Shown here one piece after another: positions 62,957 to 64,000 of a DNA stretch of 64,000 nucleotides. The notes below the pieces were generated by a model. It was not told the origin of the DNA and did not search any database. It saw only the letters and a list, made by a program, of their open reading frames with translations. Both the position numbers and the translations under genes were made by a program. This DNA comes from Octopus vulgaris (Eukaryota), in NCBI GenBank assembly GCA_951406725.2, contig OX597817.1, positions 73,098,001 through 73,162,000 of the forward strand. The letters are read 5' to 3'. Numbering within the stretch: position 1 is the stretch's first letter; every line of letters begins with the position of its first letter.

Positions 62957-64000
62957 TATGTGTGTGTGTGTGTTGAGAGAGAGATAAGACATTAAATGAT
63001 GATAGATAGTTGTGCAAGAGTACAATGCCCCTTGGTGAGAATGGACTGGACCACTACATATAAATAGTAGTGGTCTGAGTAAGTGAGGTAGTTGTTGATA
63101 GTTTTAAGTTTACAGTTTGAGTTAGCTTGTTGGATTGCTTGTTCTTAAAAGATTGTTGTTATTGCACTGTTGCAGTGTATTCATTTATCTATAAGGATAT
63201 AATAGGTAGATAGATGAATTGTATTTTCAGCTTACAGGTCAACTTAGTAAATAGTGTAAACAAGTGCATAAGTCGACCTATCTTCTTTTGCTGTACATTT
63301 TGGTCTGAAAAAGTTAACTCGTCTGGAAAATATGGTGTGTATATGTGTGTAAAGTCAAAATACATTAAAAAACAGAGATAACAATGCAAAAAATACAAAG
63401 TGTGATGAATACGGCATTAATTTGATACTTTTGAAGTGTATTAATATTCTAGGCATTAGTCCTTCTTCAGAAAAAACAAGAGAAATAAGGAATCTAGGGA
63501 GAGAGAGAACGAGTGGATAAATAATGAATGTAGTGAATAGAATTTAAAAAATAAACTAGAAAAATACTTTTAAAAAAATGAAAAGGATGCAGGAGCCAGT
63601 GAACTACTAAAAACTTATGGGGAATGCTTTTCTTTGTGCACACGCACACCAGATCAGTATAGTATGTATGTGTATATCTTTGTATTATACATGTCAGATT
63701 GACTGAGACTTTAGCTACTTGCAACTTATTCAGTCTGCTTAAATAAACTGCACACTGGTTGAATAAGATGCAAATGACAAAAAAAGAAAACAGTATATGT
63801 TATAAATTTGACTTCACTAAAAGTATTGAGTTCTTTCATCAGTAAATGTTTGCTGTTGTTTAATTTTACAACTGTAGCAAAAGTATTTTGTATGTGTGTG
63901 TATTTGGAAATGTACTGTGTAATGGTAAAATAAACAGGAAAAAAATTGACTATTATTAGCTAGACTGAATATATGTAATTGAGAGTTGATCAATAAATTC

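Overview
AT-rich, CpG-poor, microsatellite-laden animal DNA. The SINE, RTE and MITE families point to a coleoid cephalopod, most likely Octopus (my inference from recognising the repeats). Nearly the whole window appears to be intronic sequence of one + strand gene, the PRC2 cofactor AEBP2/jing. One clear 710-nt coding exon (56462-57171) encodes all three C2H2 zinc fingers and the basic KR motif. A phase-compatible 33-nt candidate microexon (9707-9739) lies about 46.7 kb upstream. The start codon and the C-terminal PRC2-binding exons were not found here. The introns contain an internally deleted RTE LINE, several LINE 3' relics, at least three SINE-like families, three TTAA (piggyBac-like) MITE families and a TA-flanked TIR element with a nested 9-bp-TSD MITE. 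The most striking structure is two young, near-identical non-autonomous Helitrons in the same orientation that bracket the zinc-finger exon, forming a potential 3.4-kb composite rolling-circle unit. Apart from the AEBP2 ORF and the RTE fragments, the listed ORFs look like noise. All alignments were done by eye and boundaries of old repeats are approximate.
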